Origin: Myxococcales bacterium
GTDB taxonomy: Bacteria; Myxococcota_A; Polyangia; Polyangiales; Polyangiaceae
DNA: 64,000 nucleotides
Assembly (NCBI GenBank): GCA_016720545.1
Contig: JADKKK010000003.1
Coordinates: 537,516 to 601,515 of the forward strand
Direction: 5' to 3'
The notes under the pieces are model-generated. The model was not told the DNA's origin. It did no database searches and worked only from the letters and a program-made list of their open reading frames with translations. Both the position numbers and the translations under genes were made by a program. Positions 28,040-37,758 of the stretch are shown in pieces; the first letter of the stretch is position 1, and each line of letters opens with the position of its first letter.

Positions 28040-30082
28040 TCAGGCGCTCGCGCCTGCGTCCTTTGCGGCGTCCTTGGGCTCGGCCTTCGCGCCGGTCGCG
28101 GTGGCGCTCGCGGCGCCCGCGGTCTCGTACTTGCGCGCGCGGGGCGTGACGAGCGAGATGTCGACCGCGTCGGTGACGTGAACGCTCTTGCCGAGCAGGT
28201 TGTAGTCGACCGACCGCACGAAGTTGACCTCGCTCTTTCCGCCGTCGCCCTCCTTGTAGAGGGCCATCGTCGTGCGGAGCCAGTTCTCGTCGTCGCGGGT
28301 CTTGAAGGCGGGCTTGAAGTGCGCGCCGCGCGACTCGTCGCGGTTCTTCGCGCCGGTCGCGATGACGCGCGCGATGATGAGCATGTTCTTCAGGTGCCGC
28401 ACGAACTGCGTGCCCTGGTTGGCGCGCGGGCTCGTGTCGGTCACGCCGATGTTGAGGTAGCGCTCCTCGAGCTCGCTCACCTTCTCCAGCACCTTGTCGA
28501 GCACGTCGTTGTGCCGCTCGATCGTGACGTCGCGGAGCATGGTGTCGCCGAGCTCCTTGTGGAGCACGTACGCGTTCTCCTTGCCGTCCATCTTGAGGAT
28601 GGCCTCGTAGCTCTTCTGTTCGCGCTTCTCGGCCTGCTCGAACACCGAAGAGGAGAGGTCCCACGAGCTCTTCTGCAGGTTCGCGCGGTAGGTGGCCATC
28701 GCCGGGCCGGTGACGAGGCCGGCGTAGATGCACGACAGGAGCGAGTTGGCGCCGAGGCGGTTTGCGCCATGGTACTGGTAGTCGCACTCGCCGGCCGCGT
28801 AGAGGCCCTCGATGTTGGTCGCCTGGTTGCGGGGGGAGCCCTTGACGAGGCCTCCGTCCGCGGAGCGCTCGAAGTCGACCCAGAGTCCGCCCATCGAGTA
28901 GTGCACCGCGGGGAACACTCGCATCGGGTTGTGGTACGGGTCCTCGCCGACGAACTTCTCGTAAATTTCGAGAATTCCCGCGAGTTTACGACGCAGCGTG
29001 GCCTCGGGGATGTGGGTCAGATCGAGGTAGACCTCGTTCTCGTTCTTGCCGCTCTTCTGGTTGAAGACGCCCCGGCCGTCGTGGAAACATTTGAGGAACA
29101 GCTCGCGGCTCGCGATGTCGCGCGGCACGAGGTTGCCGTAGCCGGGGTACTTGTGCTCGAGGAAGTAGTCGCGGTCGCGCTCGGGCACGTCCTTGCCGCG
29201 GCGCTTCTCCTTCGGGTCCTTGGGCACCCACACGCGCCCGCCCTCGCCGCGCGCGCTCTCGGAGATGAGGCGCAGCTTGTCGGCGCCCGGGATGGCGGTG
29301 GGGTGCACCTGGATGCACTCGCCGTTGCCGTAGACCGCGCCCTGCCGGTACACCGCGCCGGCGGCGGTGCCCGTGTTGATGACGCTGTTCGTGCTCCGGC
29401 CGAAGACGATGCCGGGGCCGCCGGTGGCGAGGCACACCGCGTCGCCCGGGAACGACTCGATCTGCATCGACTTCAGGTCCTGCGCCACGATCCCGCGCGC
29501 GCGCCCCTCGTCGTCCAGCACGAGCGACAGGAAGTCCCAGAACTCGAACTTGCGGACCATCTTCTCGCCGCGGATGACGATGCCCTTGTCGTCCTCCACG
29601 TCGACGGTCTCGTAGCGCCGCACCTGCTCGTCGAGCGCGTAGAGCAGCTGCTGACCGGTGGTCGCGCCCGCGAACGCCGTGCGGTGGAAGAGCGTGCCGC
29701 CGAAGCGCCGGAAGTCGAGGAGCCCCTCGGGCGTGCGGTTGAACGGCACGCCCATGCGGTCGAGCATGTAGACGATGCCCGGCGCCGCGTCGGCCATGCC
29801 CTTCACGGGGGGCTGGTTGGCCAGGAAGTCACCGCCGTAGACGGTCTCTTCGAGGTGCACCTGGGGCGAGTCGCCCTCGCCCTTCGTGTTCACGCTCGCG
29901 TTGATGCCGCCCTGCGCGCACACCGAGTGCGATCGCTTGACCGGCACGAGTGAGAACAGGTCGACCGGGACCCCCGCCTCGCAGAGCTTGATGACCGTGG
30001 TGAGGCCGGCGAGCCCGCCGCCGACGACGATGACGCGGCGGACTTTGCCGGATTCTGAGGTGGTGGTGGCCTTGGCTGCCAT
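28040..30082 (-). CDS. sdhA: succinate dehydrogenase / fumarate reductase flavoprotein subunit
   Basis: FAD-binding VIVVGGGLAGL. HSVCAQGGINA (covalent-FAD His region). Full-length alignment to SdhA/FrdA. Confidence 0.9.
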   Translation of the reverse strand: MAAKATTTSESGKVRRVIVVGGGLAGLTTVIKLCEAGVPVDLFSLVPVKRSHSVCAQGGINASVNTKGEGDSPQVHLEETVYGGDFLANQPPVKGMADAAPGIVYMLDRMGVPFNRTPEGLLDFRRFGGTLFHRTAFAGATTGQQLLYALDEQVRRYETVDVEDDKGIVIRGEKMVRKFEFWDFLSLVLDDEGRARGIVAQDLKSMQIESFPGDAVCLATGGPGIVFGRSTNSVINTGTAAGAVYRQGAVYGNGECIQVHPTAIPGADKLRLISESARGEGGRVWVPKDPKEKRRGKDVPERDRDYFLEHKYPGYGNLVPRDIASRELFLKCFHDGRGVFNQKSGKNENEVYLDLTHIPEATLRRKLAGILEIYEKFVGEDPYHNPMRVFPAVHYSMGGLWVDFERSADGGLVKGSPRNQATNIEGLYAAGECDYQYHGANRLGANSLLSCIYAGLVTGPAMATYRANLQKSSWDLSSSVFEQAEKREQKSYEAILKMDGKENAYVLHKELGDTMLRDVTIERHNDVLDKVLEKVSELEERYLNIGVTDTSPRANQGTQFVRHLKNMLIIARVIATGAKNRDESRGAHFKPAFKTRDDENWLRTTMALYKEGDGGKSEVNFVRSVDYNLLGKSVHVTDAVDISLVTPRARKYETAGAASATATGAKAEPKDAAKDAGASA

Positions 30083-30201
30083 GGCGACTTGCGACTCCTA
30101 GCTGACGTTGCGGGGGCGGACGGCGAGACGAGACGGACGAGACGGACGAGACGAACGAGCGACACACGGACGAGACGGACGAGACGGCGCGCGGGCAGCG
30201 T

Positions 30202-30960
30202 TCATGGGCAAGCGCTCCCCGCGGGGGCAGACGTGAGCGACGCGGGGAGGCGCGCGCCCGTGGCCACCGAGAGGACCGTGGAGGCGCCAACCAGAAAGAG
30301 CAAGGCCCCAAGCACCGCCGCGACGCGCGAGAGGCGGCGCTGCGCGGCGCGCGAGGTCACGAGGCCCCAGGTGAGGGCGAAGGTGACGAGCCCGTTGGCG
30401 AGGTGAAACACGCTGGCCGCGATGCCGAGGAGGTAGCCGATGGCGATGACGGGCAGGCCGGCCGTCACGGCGGACAGGTGGGCGACGAGCGTGTCGTAGA
30501 ACGCGAGCTCCGACATGCCGAAGAGCCACTTCTGGACGCGAAGCTCCCACAGGTGGGCGAGGACGAAGGCGAAGGTGACGACGCCCGTGAGCCGCTGGAA
30601 GACGTAGGCCCACGCCCGCGCGTAGGGATAGGCGGCCACGTTGGCGCGGCCCCGCGTGGCCAAGTAGACGCCGAAAATCGCGTGAAATGCGAGCGGGAGC
30701 AGCACGCCGAGCACCTCGACGGCGGGCAGCATGGGCGTGCGCTGGATCTCGCCCACAGCGTGGTCGAAGGGCGCGCGGCCCCCGAGGAGCGACGCGTTCG
30801 TCCACAGGTGGACCGCGAGGAACAGCCCGAGGGGCGCCACGCCGGAGAGCGAGTGGAGCCGCCTGAGCAGGAAGGCACGCCGCCGGCCCCCGAGCGAGCC
30901 GCTCGCGGCGTGCTCGCCGCCCGGCGCGGCCGTCGCTGAACCTGTAGACACGGTTCGCAT
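30202..30960 (-). CDS. sdhC: succinate dehydrogenase cytochrome b558 membrane-anchor subunit (single-subunit anchor type)
   Basis: Five predicted TM helices. Conserved His in HLWTN and FHLANGL. Immediately upstream of sdhA-sdhB on the same strand. Confidence 0.8.
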   Translation of the reverse strand: MRTVSTGSATAAPGGEHAASGSLGGRRRAFLLRRLHSLSGVAPLGLFLAVHLWTNASLLGGRAPFDHAVGEIQRTPMLPAVEVLGVLLPLAFHAIFGVYLATRGRANVAAYPYARAWAYVFQRLTGVVTFAFVLAHLWELRVQKWLFGMSELAFYDTLVAHLSAVTAGLPVIAIGYLLGIAASVFHLANGLVTFALTWGLVTSRAAQRRLSRVAAVLGALLFLVGASTVLSVATGARLPASLTSAPAGSACP

Positions 30961-31180
30961 CTAGAAGAAGGGGGCGCCGACGTCAAGGAGCGTGGAGGGC
31001 GCCGAGGGGCCCCCTGAGCTCACGTATCCACTGATTATCACAATACAATTGTGCCGACGCTGCGGCTCGCCCGCCCGCGGCGAAGACGCCCGCCCCCCGT
31101 GCTCCGCGCGGCGCGCGGGGCGAGCGCGCCCCGGCAGCCCGGCCGGTCCGTTCGTTCACGGGCTGCTAAGCTCCCCGGCG

Positions 31181-33124
31181 ATGGGCTCCTCGACGTCGCG
31201 ACGCGCCGCCCGTGCGGTCGCCGTGGTCGGCGCGCTCGCCGCGTGTGCGGCGTGTGCGGCGTGCGGCAGAGGCGCGCGCGACGCACGGCCGGTGTACGCG
31301 ACGGCCAGCACGATGGAGGCGACGCTCGCCTTCGAGGAGCTGCGCGACGCGTGGGAGCGGCGCGACGTAGGCGCCGACCGTCAGCGCGAGGCGCTCGAGC
31401 GGCACCTCAAGCGCTTCCCGGGGGACGGGACGGCGACCACGGCGCAGCTCTACCTCGCGTTCCTGCTCATGCAGGCGGGCGAATATTACAAGGCCGACGC
31501 GCTGCTCGCGCTCCTCGAGTCGAACCCCAGGGCCCTGCGCGCCGGCCCGGAGCGCGACATGTTCGCCGTGGCGCGGGCCAAGTCGCTGCGGCACCGCGGC
31601 GCCCACCCGCAGGCGCTCGCGCTGCTCCAGCCGCTCGCCGGCAAGGCCGTCGACGAGACCCTCCGCGGCATCTTCCTCGAAGAGCTCTGCCTCGCGGCGC
31701 TCGGCGCTGGCGAGGACTACGAGGCGATCGGCTACATGGACGCCTGGCTGCGCGGGGTGTCCGAGGACAAGCGCGTCGCGAGCCGCGCGAAGATCGCAGC
31801 CGGCCTCGAGGGCATGCCGGCCGGCGTGCTCCAGGCCACCTACCGCGCCATGCGCACGGCCCAGCAGACCGGCTACAGCGCGGAGATCCAGCGCCTGGTC
31901 GCGATGAGGGTCGCCGCGATCGTCGTCCAGAACGAGGACGCGACGCTCGCGCGATGGCTCCTCGACGTGACGCCCGGGGGATCCGACGCGCTCGGCGACT
32001 CGGGCCCCACGATCCTCGAGCTCGCCGCGAGCCGACGAGGCCTCCGCGAGGTGCAGGGCCGCACCGTCGGCCTCTTGCTCTCCACGGGCGACGCGGAGCG
32101 CCGAGAGGCCGCCGCCGCCGTGCTCCGCGGGGTCTCTTGGGCCCTCGAGCTCCCGAAGGCGCCGGCGGCGCGCACCGACCCGCTCCGCCTCGTGGTGCGG
32201 ACCGACGCGAGCGAGGGCAAGGGGTTGGCCTCCGACCTGGCGATGGAGGAGCTCTTCGGCGAGGGCGCCGGGGTGGTGCTCGCCGGCCTCGATGGGCGCT
32301 CGGCCGACCACGCGCTCAAGTGGGGCGAGGACCACGGCCTCCCGGTCGTTCTCCTGCATCCCCCCGCGCGCCAGCCAGTCCCCACCCAGGCGGGCTACGT
32401 GATCGGCGAAGCGCGGGCGACGCAGGCCGCCATGCTCGCGCGCGCGCTGGCCCCGCTCGGCGATCGGCGGGTGCAGCTGCTCACCACCTCGCGGGGGAAG
32501 GGCCGCGACGCGCTCGAGGCGGCCCTGGCGCTCGGCGGACTCGGCAGGGCACGTGAGACGGTCGACTGCGACGCCGAGGCGCCGCGCCCGGGCATGCCGC
32601 GATTCCCCTTCGAGGCCTGGGCGAAGGAGCGCGTCCGCACCTTCGTGGTCGCGGGCGCGAGGGAGTGCCTGACCGACACGCTGGCCGAAATCAAGCTCGC
32701 GACGCGTGGCGCCGCCGCCGGTCCAAGACCGCTCGTCGGCGTGGTGCTCGACACCGAGCCGCCCGCAGAGCCCTCCCCTGCCCCCGCGCCGCGGGTGTTC
32801 GCCGTCAGCGCGGGCATCCTGCCGCTCGAGCGGGACCGCGTCGCCGCCCTTGGTGATCCGGAGGTCGCTGCATATTACAACGAATTCGGTCAGGTGCCTG
32901 GGTGGTGGGCCGCGCTCGGGCGCGACGCGGGGATCCTCGCGCGCCAGGCCGTGAGCGTGCTGCCCTCGAACACCACGGCAGACCCCAAGGCGGTCGCCCA
33001 GCGCCACGCGATCGTCGCCGCCGCGCTCGGCCGAGCGCAGGCGCCTTTGTGGACCACCGAGGCCAGCGGCTTCGCGGGCCAGCGCGTGCTCTCGCGCTCA
33101 CTGCGGGTCGTGGAGCTGAAGTAG
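31181..33124 (+). CDS. secreted hypothetical protein
   Basis: Signal MGSSTSRRAARAVAVVGALAACAACAACG. 647 aa, Ala/Leu-rich, with TPR-like helical content likely. The start is trimmed from 30992. Divergent from sdhC. Confidence 0.55.
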   Translation: MGSSTSRRAARAVAVVGALAACAACAACGRGARDARPVYATASTMEATLAFEELRDAWERRDVGADRQREALERHLKRFPGDGTATTAQLYLAFLLMQAGEYYKADALLALLESNPRALRAGPERDMFAVARAKSLRHRGAHPQALALLQPLAGKAVDETLRGIFLEELCLAALGAGEDYEAIGYMDAWLRGVSEDKRVASRAKIAAGLEGMPAGVLQATYRAMRTAQQTGYSAEIQRLVAMRVAAIVVQNEDATLARWLLDVTPGGSDALGDSGPTILELAASRRGLREVQGRTVGLLLSTGDAERREAAAAVLRGVSWALELPKAPAARTDPLRLVVRTDASEGKGLASDLAMEELFGEGAGVVLAGLDGRSADHALKWGEDHGLPVVLLHPPARQPVPTQAGYVIGEARATQAAMLARALAPLGDRRVQLLTTSRGKGRDALEAALALGGLGRARETVDCDAEAPRPGMPRFPFEAWAKERVRTFVVAGARECLTDTLAEIKLATRGAAAGPRPLVGVVLDTEPPAEPSPAPAPRVFAVSAGILPLERDRVAALGDPEVAAYYNEFGQVPGWWAALGRDAGILARQAVSVLPSNTTADPKAVAQRHAIVAAALGRAQAPLWTTEASGFAGQRVLSRSLRVVELK

Positions 33125-33183
33125 ACGAGCTGACGTAGACGAGCTGACGTAGACGAGCTGACGTAGACGAGCTGACGTAGACG
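33121..33183. repeat. 14-bp tandem repeat GTAGACGAGCTGAC x4.6
   Basis: Perfect copies spanning the stop codon of the upstream gene. Every unit contains TAG and TGA. Confidence 0.85.
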
Positions 33184-33216
33184 AGGCGCGATCCTGGGGC
33201 CCAAGCCGTGACTGCG

Positions 33217-33954
33217 TCAGCGCGCGGCCTCCGCCGAAGCGTCGACCACCACCAGCCGGTACGACGCCATGTCGAGGTGAAAGTGGTCCGCGTGGCCCGG
33301 GTAACCCGGGCCGAGCACCACGCGAAACAGCGACGTGTCCCGCGCGAGCCGGAGCGCGAGGCGGTGCAAGAAGCGGCGGTGCAGCGCGCGCACGGGAGAC
33401 TCACGCCCACGGGCCGCCCCGACCGCCCCGAAATGGGCGGCCACGCTCACGTCGAAGGCGCCTCGGAGCGCGCGCGGCGCGCCGGCCGGCAGCGCCGCCC
33501 CAGGGGGCAGCGCGCCGAAGCTGAAGGCGTCGACGTCGATGGCGTTGCCGAGGCCATGCTCGCTCACCAGGTGGGGATACGCCGGGATGCGCCGGCAGTT
33601 GAAGGTCCCCAGGTGGTGCATGCGGATCGGCGGGCGCCCGTACACCTCGATCGCCACGGCGCGCGCGGCGTCCTCGAGCCCGCGGAGCTTCGCGACGAAC
33701 GCCGGGTGCACGCGGGCCGGCGCGTGGAAGCGCAGCGCGCTGCCCGAGTAGTCGGTGAGCGGCATGGCGGGGCAGCGCACCGGCCCCCGCGCGGGGATCT
33801 CCCGCGAGACCTCGTCGAGCGCGTAGGTGTCGTCGGCGCGCGCAGGCGATGTGTGAAGCGCGAAGCCGAGGACGACCGACGCGGCGACCGGAGCGATGCG
33901 TGCGACCGACGCGACCGACGCGACCGACGCGACCGACTGGTTCAGGAGGGTCAT
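33217..33954 (-). CDS. extensin-like C-terminal domain family protein, secreted
   Basis: Signal MTLLNQSVASVASVASVARIAPVAASVVLGFALHTSPARA. C-terminal region with the conserved Cys/His pattern of the bacterial extensin-like family. Contains a 9-bp repeat (GCGACCGAC x4) encoding SVASVASVA. Confidence 0.5.
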   Translation of the reverse strand: MTLLNQSVASVASVASVARIAPVAASVVLGFALHTSPARADDTYALDEVSREIPARGPVRCPAMPLTDYSGSALRFHAPARVHPAFVAKLRGLEDAARAVAIEVYGRPPIRMHHLGTFNCRRIPAYPHLVSEHGLGNAIDVDAFSFGALPPGAALPAGAPRALRGAFDVSVAAHFGAVGAARGRESPVRALHRRFLHRLALRLARDTSLFRVVLGPGYPGHADHFHLDMASYRLVVVDASAEAAR

Positions 33955-34076
33955 GAGGATTCCTCGCGCGAGCGGCGCGACCTGTGACCACCTTTCTCGG
34001 TGGCCGACGAGCGCGCGGCACATACCAAATAGTCAAGCATTCTCGGCTGATTGCGCCATCTTCTGTCGAGCCCACG

Positions 34077-35630
34077 TCACGCCTTCCACACGAGGAGCAC
34101 GGCGAGGAGCGCGAACCCGAGCACGACGACCGCGAGGCCCACCACCACGCTGCCGGCGCTGCCCCGCTTGGCCACGATCGGGGTGCCAGCGCCCTCGCCG
34201 GCTTGCCCGTCGGCCTCGCCGTCCGCCTCGCGCACCGCGATCTCGATCGCGTCGCGCGCCTCGCGCACGGCGGCGAGGGCGAGCATCACCTCGATGACCG
34301 CGGCCGCCAGCAGCCCCGCGAGGCCCATGCCCACGCCCACGCGCTCGCGGAAGGTGTCGTCCCGACGGCGCGACGGGAGCCCATCGAGCAGCTCGGTGCG
34401 CACGAACCCGCTGCCCGGGTGCATCGACAGATCGGCCCGCTCCTCGCACGTGAGCTTGGCCGCGCGCTCCGACCCCGGAGGCTCGCCGGGGGACAGGGCG
34501 CGCACGCGGAAGGCCCGGGCTACCGTCGAGTCCTCGATGCGCTCGGCGCCGCGCGGATCCCCGGAGGTCACGAGCCAGTAGCGACCCGGCGGAAGCGCAG
34601 GCGCCTGGAACGTGGCGCTCGGGCCGAAGCGATCGGGCCGGAGAACGAGCGTGGTGCCGAAGACCCGGCCCTCGGCGCTGTCGATCTCCACGTAGGCCAC
34701 GTCGCGCGTGGCGGGCGCGCGCACCGTCACGGGGAACGGCGTCACGCCGACGTCGCGCGGCGCCTCGACGAGGTTCGCGCCGTGCGCCACCGGCAGAGCC
34801 GCGAAGAGCGTGCCCTCTCGACCGTCCATCGCCTTGGCGGAGACCTGGAGCCCCACGGTGTGGAAGAGCGCGATGAGCTCGCCGAAGGCGTACCCCTCGC
34901 GGCAGGTGCGCGAGAACGGCTTGGCGTCCAGGCCCGGCTCGGGCGTCACGTTCACCTCGGCGCCGTCGACCGGCCTCCCGCGGTCGTCGGTGATCTTGGC
35001 CACCACGGGGACGGGCTGCCCGACCACCAGCCGCTCGTCGGTCACGAAGAGATCGACCGTGAGGCCCCCGGTCCGCTTCGTAGGCCGCGAGGGGGCGACG
35101 CGCTCGCGCGAGGCGGGGCCCGGCCCGAACGGTGGCGCGCCGGTCGAGGGCACGCGCACGTCGCCCTCGGCGAGGGGGAGGCGCTCGCCCGGCGCGGTCA
35201 CCACCACGTGGAGCTCGTCGCCGGGGGCCACGTCGAGCGCGAGGCCGGCCTCTGCGACGCCGTCGTCGTTCGTATCCCCTCGAAATGTAGCGACTTTTCC
35301 GCTGCGTGTGGTCGCAGTGAGTGTGAGGTCCCGCGCCGTGACGGCCTCGCGCACGCCTCGATCGTCGACGAACGTGACGATCTGCCACGCCAGCGTGGTG
35401 CCGGCGGCGGTCTTGCCCGGCGGGGCGCCCCACACTGTGGCGGCGCGCACGGCGCCCTTCGCGCCGACGCGGAGGCCGAGCGCGAGCACCACCACCGCGA
35501 GGAGCGGAGTGACGACGAGGACGAAGGTGCGCAGGCGGCCGAGCACGCCGGCCCTCGGCCCGGGCGGGCGGCGTGGGTGCGCGCGCGGTCCGGGCGGGCG
35601 CGCCGCCGGCGGCTCTTCCTTCACTCCCAT
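34077..35630 (-). CDS. membrane protein, hypothetical (N- and C-terminal TM segments)
   Basis: N-terminal TM segment FVLVVTPLLAVVVLALGL and C-terminal TM segment VVVGLAVVVLGFALLAVLLVW. The large middle region has no recognised domain. Confidence 0.5.
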   Translation of the reverse strand: MGVKEEPPAARPPGPRAHPRRPPGPRAGVLGRLRTFVLVVTPLLAVVVLALGLRVGAKGAVRAATVWGAPPGKTAAGTTLAWQIVTFVDDRGVREAVTARDLTLTATTRSGKVATFRGDTNDDGVAEAGLALDVAPGDELHVVVTAPGERLPLAEGDVRVPSTGAPPFGPGPASRERVAPSRPTKRTGGLTVDLFVTDERLVVGQPVPVVAKITDDRGRPVDGAEVNVTPEPGLDAKPFSRTCREGYAFGELIALFHTVGLQVSAKAMDGREGTLFAALPVAHGANLVEAPRDVGVTPFPVTVRAPATRDVAYVEIDSAEGRVFGTTLVLRPDRFGPSATFQAPALPPGRYWLVTSGDPRGAERIEDSTVARAFRVRALSPGEPPGSERAAKLTCEERADLSMHPGSGFVRTELLDGLPSRRRDDTFRERVGVGMGLAGLLAAAVIEVMLALAAVREARDAIEIAVREADGEADGQAGEGAGTPIVAKRGSAGSVVVGLAVVVLGFALLAVLLVWKA

Positions 35631-37087
35631 CGGACCGGCACCGTGTCTGGGCCGCTCTTCTCGACGGGCGCCCCGGACGCGACGCCGAGCGCGCCCGGCT
35701 TCAGCACCACGGCCCTCACCCCCGAGGCCGCGTGGACGACCACGCGCCCGTCTTTGCCCTCGAGGTCGACGAACGCGTCACTCGCGCCGGCACGCTCGAG
35801 GCGCACGCCGTAGGTCGAGGTGTCCTCCGCGCGCACGCTGCGAAAGGTGACGCGGGCGGGGTGCTCGGGCGCCACGGCGACGGCCGCGCGGCGCACCACC
35901 TCCGCCGCGAAGCGCTCGACGAGGCGCCCTTCGTGGCCCACCCCGGGAGCCCGATCGAACCGTACGGCGAACCCGCGCGCGCGGAGCGCTTGGTCGAGCA
36001 GCTCGCTCTGGCGGATGGGCGAGACCCGATCGGCCTCCCCGTGCACGAGCCAGATCGGCACGTGCCGCGCGTTGTCGATCACGTCGAGCGCGTTCACCGC
36101 GTGCGCGCCGGCCTCGTCGTGGAGGATCGAGCGCACGTACGTGGACAGATCGTAGCGCGCGTCGCCGAAGAAGCTCGTGACGCTGGCGAACCTGTCGGGG
36201 CGGTGGAGGCCGATGGTGGTCGCCCCGGCGCCGCCCATCGACGCGCCCCAGATCGACACGCGCCGCGGATCGACCGGCAGCGCGTGACCGAGGGCCTCGA
36301 GCGCGCGCATCACCTCGGCCTCGGCCTCCGCGACGTAGAGAGAGTTGCCGAGCCCCGAGGGGTGGAGCAGCACCACGTCGAGGCGCTCCGCCTCTTGGAC
36401 CAAATGCGTGTACTGTGCATACGTCCAGATCCCGCCGTTCCACGGGTGGACGCCCACGAGGACGCTCGCGGGTCGAGCGCGGTCGTGGGCCTTGGGCACG
36501 TACACGGCCGCCACGCCGCCCCCGCGCGCCGTCGACGGACTAGGGAACGCGAGGCTGGAGAATCCCCACGGCCCGCGCCCGGGCTCGCCCGCGCGCGGCG
36601 CCTCGCCACACGCGACGCGCCGCTCGTACGGCGACACCACGACGTCGATCGCCACGTCGACCCGCCCGCCGGGCAGCGGCGCGACGAACGGCCCGGACGC
36701 CGCGGTAGGGCGCGTCGACGCCGCGTCCCCTGGCGCGCGGACCTCACGCCCGGCCACGCGTACGGCGCGCCGGCCGCCGCACCACGGCACGCGGAGGGCG
36801 CGGCCCTCGGCCGTGAACGAGAGGGTCACGAGGCCAGGCTCGAGGCGCTTGACGGCCAGCTCGTCGAACACGACGTTCTCCGTGCGCTTTCCGCGCGCCA
36901 GCACCATGTGGGCGATCGCAGGCCCGTCCACCGTCGCGTGCTCGAGCGGATCGCCGGGGCTCGGCTCGGCGTCGGCGCGCGCGGCCGCAGGCGCCACCAG
37001 GGCACCCGCGAGGGCGCAGATCGCGACCCGCGCCGCGCGGGCCGCACGATCCGCGCGCGGGAGGCGCGTTCGCCGAGAGCCGGTCAC
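35621..37087 (-). CDS. alpha/beta hydrolase (S9 prolyl-oligopeptidase/esterase-like), secreted
   Basis: GTG at 37087 gives the signal RAARAARVAICALAGALVAPAAARA. Nucleophile elbow IWGASMGGAGAT, and VHGEADRVSP (catalytic Asp region). The track's upstream extension is junk. Confidence 0.65.
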   Translation of the reverse strand: MTGSRRTRLPRADRAARAARVAICALAGALVAPAAARADAEPSPGDPLEHATVDGPAIAHMVLARGKRTENVVFDELAVKRLEPGLVTLSFTAEGRALRVPWCGGRRAVRVAGREVRAPGDAASTRPTAASGPFVAPLPGGRVDVAIDVVVSPYERRVACGEAPRAGEPGRGPWGFSSLAFPSPSTARGGGVAAVYVPKAHDRARPASVLVGVHPWNGGIWTYAQYTHLVQEAERLDVVLLHPSGLGNSLYVAEAEAEVMRALEALGHALPVDPRRVSIWGASMGGAGATTIGLHRPDRFASVTSFFGDARYDLSTYVRSILHDEAGAHAVNALDVIDNARHVPIWLVHGEADRVSPIRQSELLDQALRARGFAVRFDRAPGVGHEGRLVERFAAEVVRRAAVAVAPEHPARVTFRSVRAEDTSTYGVRLERAGASDAFVDLEGKDGRVVVHAASGVRAVVLKPGALGVASGAPVEKSGPDTVPVRWE

Positions 37088-37554
37088 CGCGGCTCTTCCT
37101 CGCGCCGCGACCTCAGGTAGGGCAAGACCTTGGCGCGGAACGCGTCGGTCCACGCGGTGGAGGTCCGCGTGGCGACGTCGATGCGCACGAGCGCGCGCGT
37201 GCCCACCGCGAAGTCGACGTCCTCGTCCATGGGCATCACGCAGAAGCCGAAGACGAGGCTCGAGCGCCCGAGCCGCTCGATCCAGATGCGCACGCGGACT
37301 TCGCCGGTCCCCACCACCGGACGCAGGTACTCGATGTGGTTTTCCCGCACGAGGTGCTGGGCGTCGACGTTCTCCTGCATGTCGCGCCAGCTGCCCCAGC
37401 CCAGGCGCTGCCAGAACGAGCCGATCGTCCGCTCGATGAGGAGCAAATAACGTGCGTTGTGCAATATCTGGAACGCGTCGAGATCGTCGAAGTAGATGCC
37501 GTGGACGTTCTCGTGGAAGCGGACGCCGGAGGAGAGGGTGGTCACCTCCCACAC
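37084..37554 (-). CDS. acyl-CoA thioesterase, 4HBT/YbgC hotdog family
   Basis: FHENVHGIYFDDLDAFQILHNARYLLLIERT is typical of the YbgC/4HBT family. The start is taken at the GTG at 37554. The track's upstream extension runs through the conserved leader element. Confidence 0.6.
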   Translation of the reverse strand: MWEVTTLSSGVRFHENVHGIYFDDLDAFQILHNARYLLLIERTIGSFWQRLGWGSWRDMQENVDAQHLVRENHIEYLRPVVGTGEVRVRIWIERLGRSSLVFGFCVMPMDEDVDFAVGTRALVRIDVATRTSTAWTDAFRAKVLPYLRSRREEEPR

Positions 37555-37604
37555 GATAGCGGAAGTGGAGGCCGACCGTGCCCCCGGGGACCGTTTCGTC
37601 GGTT

Positions 37605-37643
37605 CTAGCCGCGCCGCTCGCCCGGGCTCGCTTGCATGTTCAT
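37605..37643 (-). promoter_or_regulatory. copy B of conserved leader element / mini-ORF (MNMQASPGERRG*)
   Basis: ATGAACATGCAAGCGAGCCCGGGCGAGCGGCGCGGCTAG... is shared with the copies at 25261-25359 and 40846-40914. It lies 51 nt upstream of the thioesterase start, in the same orientation as that gene. Confidence 0.5.
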
Positions 37644-37758
37644 GGCGAGACCTCGCCTTCGGCTCGGGCACGCCATCGACCTTGGTTCGCCCCTTCGGGG
37701 CTCACTTTCAGGTTCCTCTTGTCAACCCTGGAGAAAGAGTCCTAAACCCGCATCCACC

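Noticed and set aside
25909-29953. ORFs 25909-28149 (+) and 27746-29953 (+), antisense to the lipoprotein and sdhAB genes.
   Set aside because: Junk composition. They overlap highly conserved sdh genes.
31166-37439. ORFs 31166-33007 (-), 33984-35813 (+), 34708-35850 (+), 35573-37120 (+) and 36345-37439 (+).
   Set aside because: Antisense or alternative-frame artefacts with Arg/Gly-rich translations.
37621-37645. Considered a sigma-54 promoter (GG-N10-GC / TTGCA) reading of the conserved GCTCGCTTGCATG core.
   Set aside because: The GG-to-GC spacing is 8-10 rather than 12. The motif orientation relative to the downstream genes is the opposite of what a TTGCA -12 element would need.
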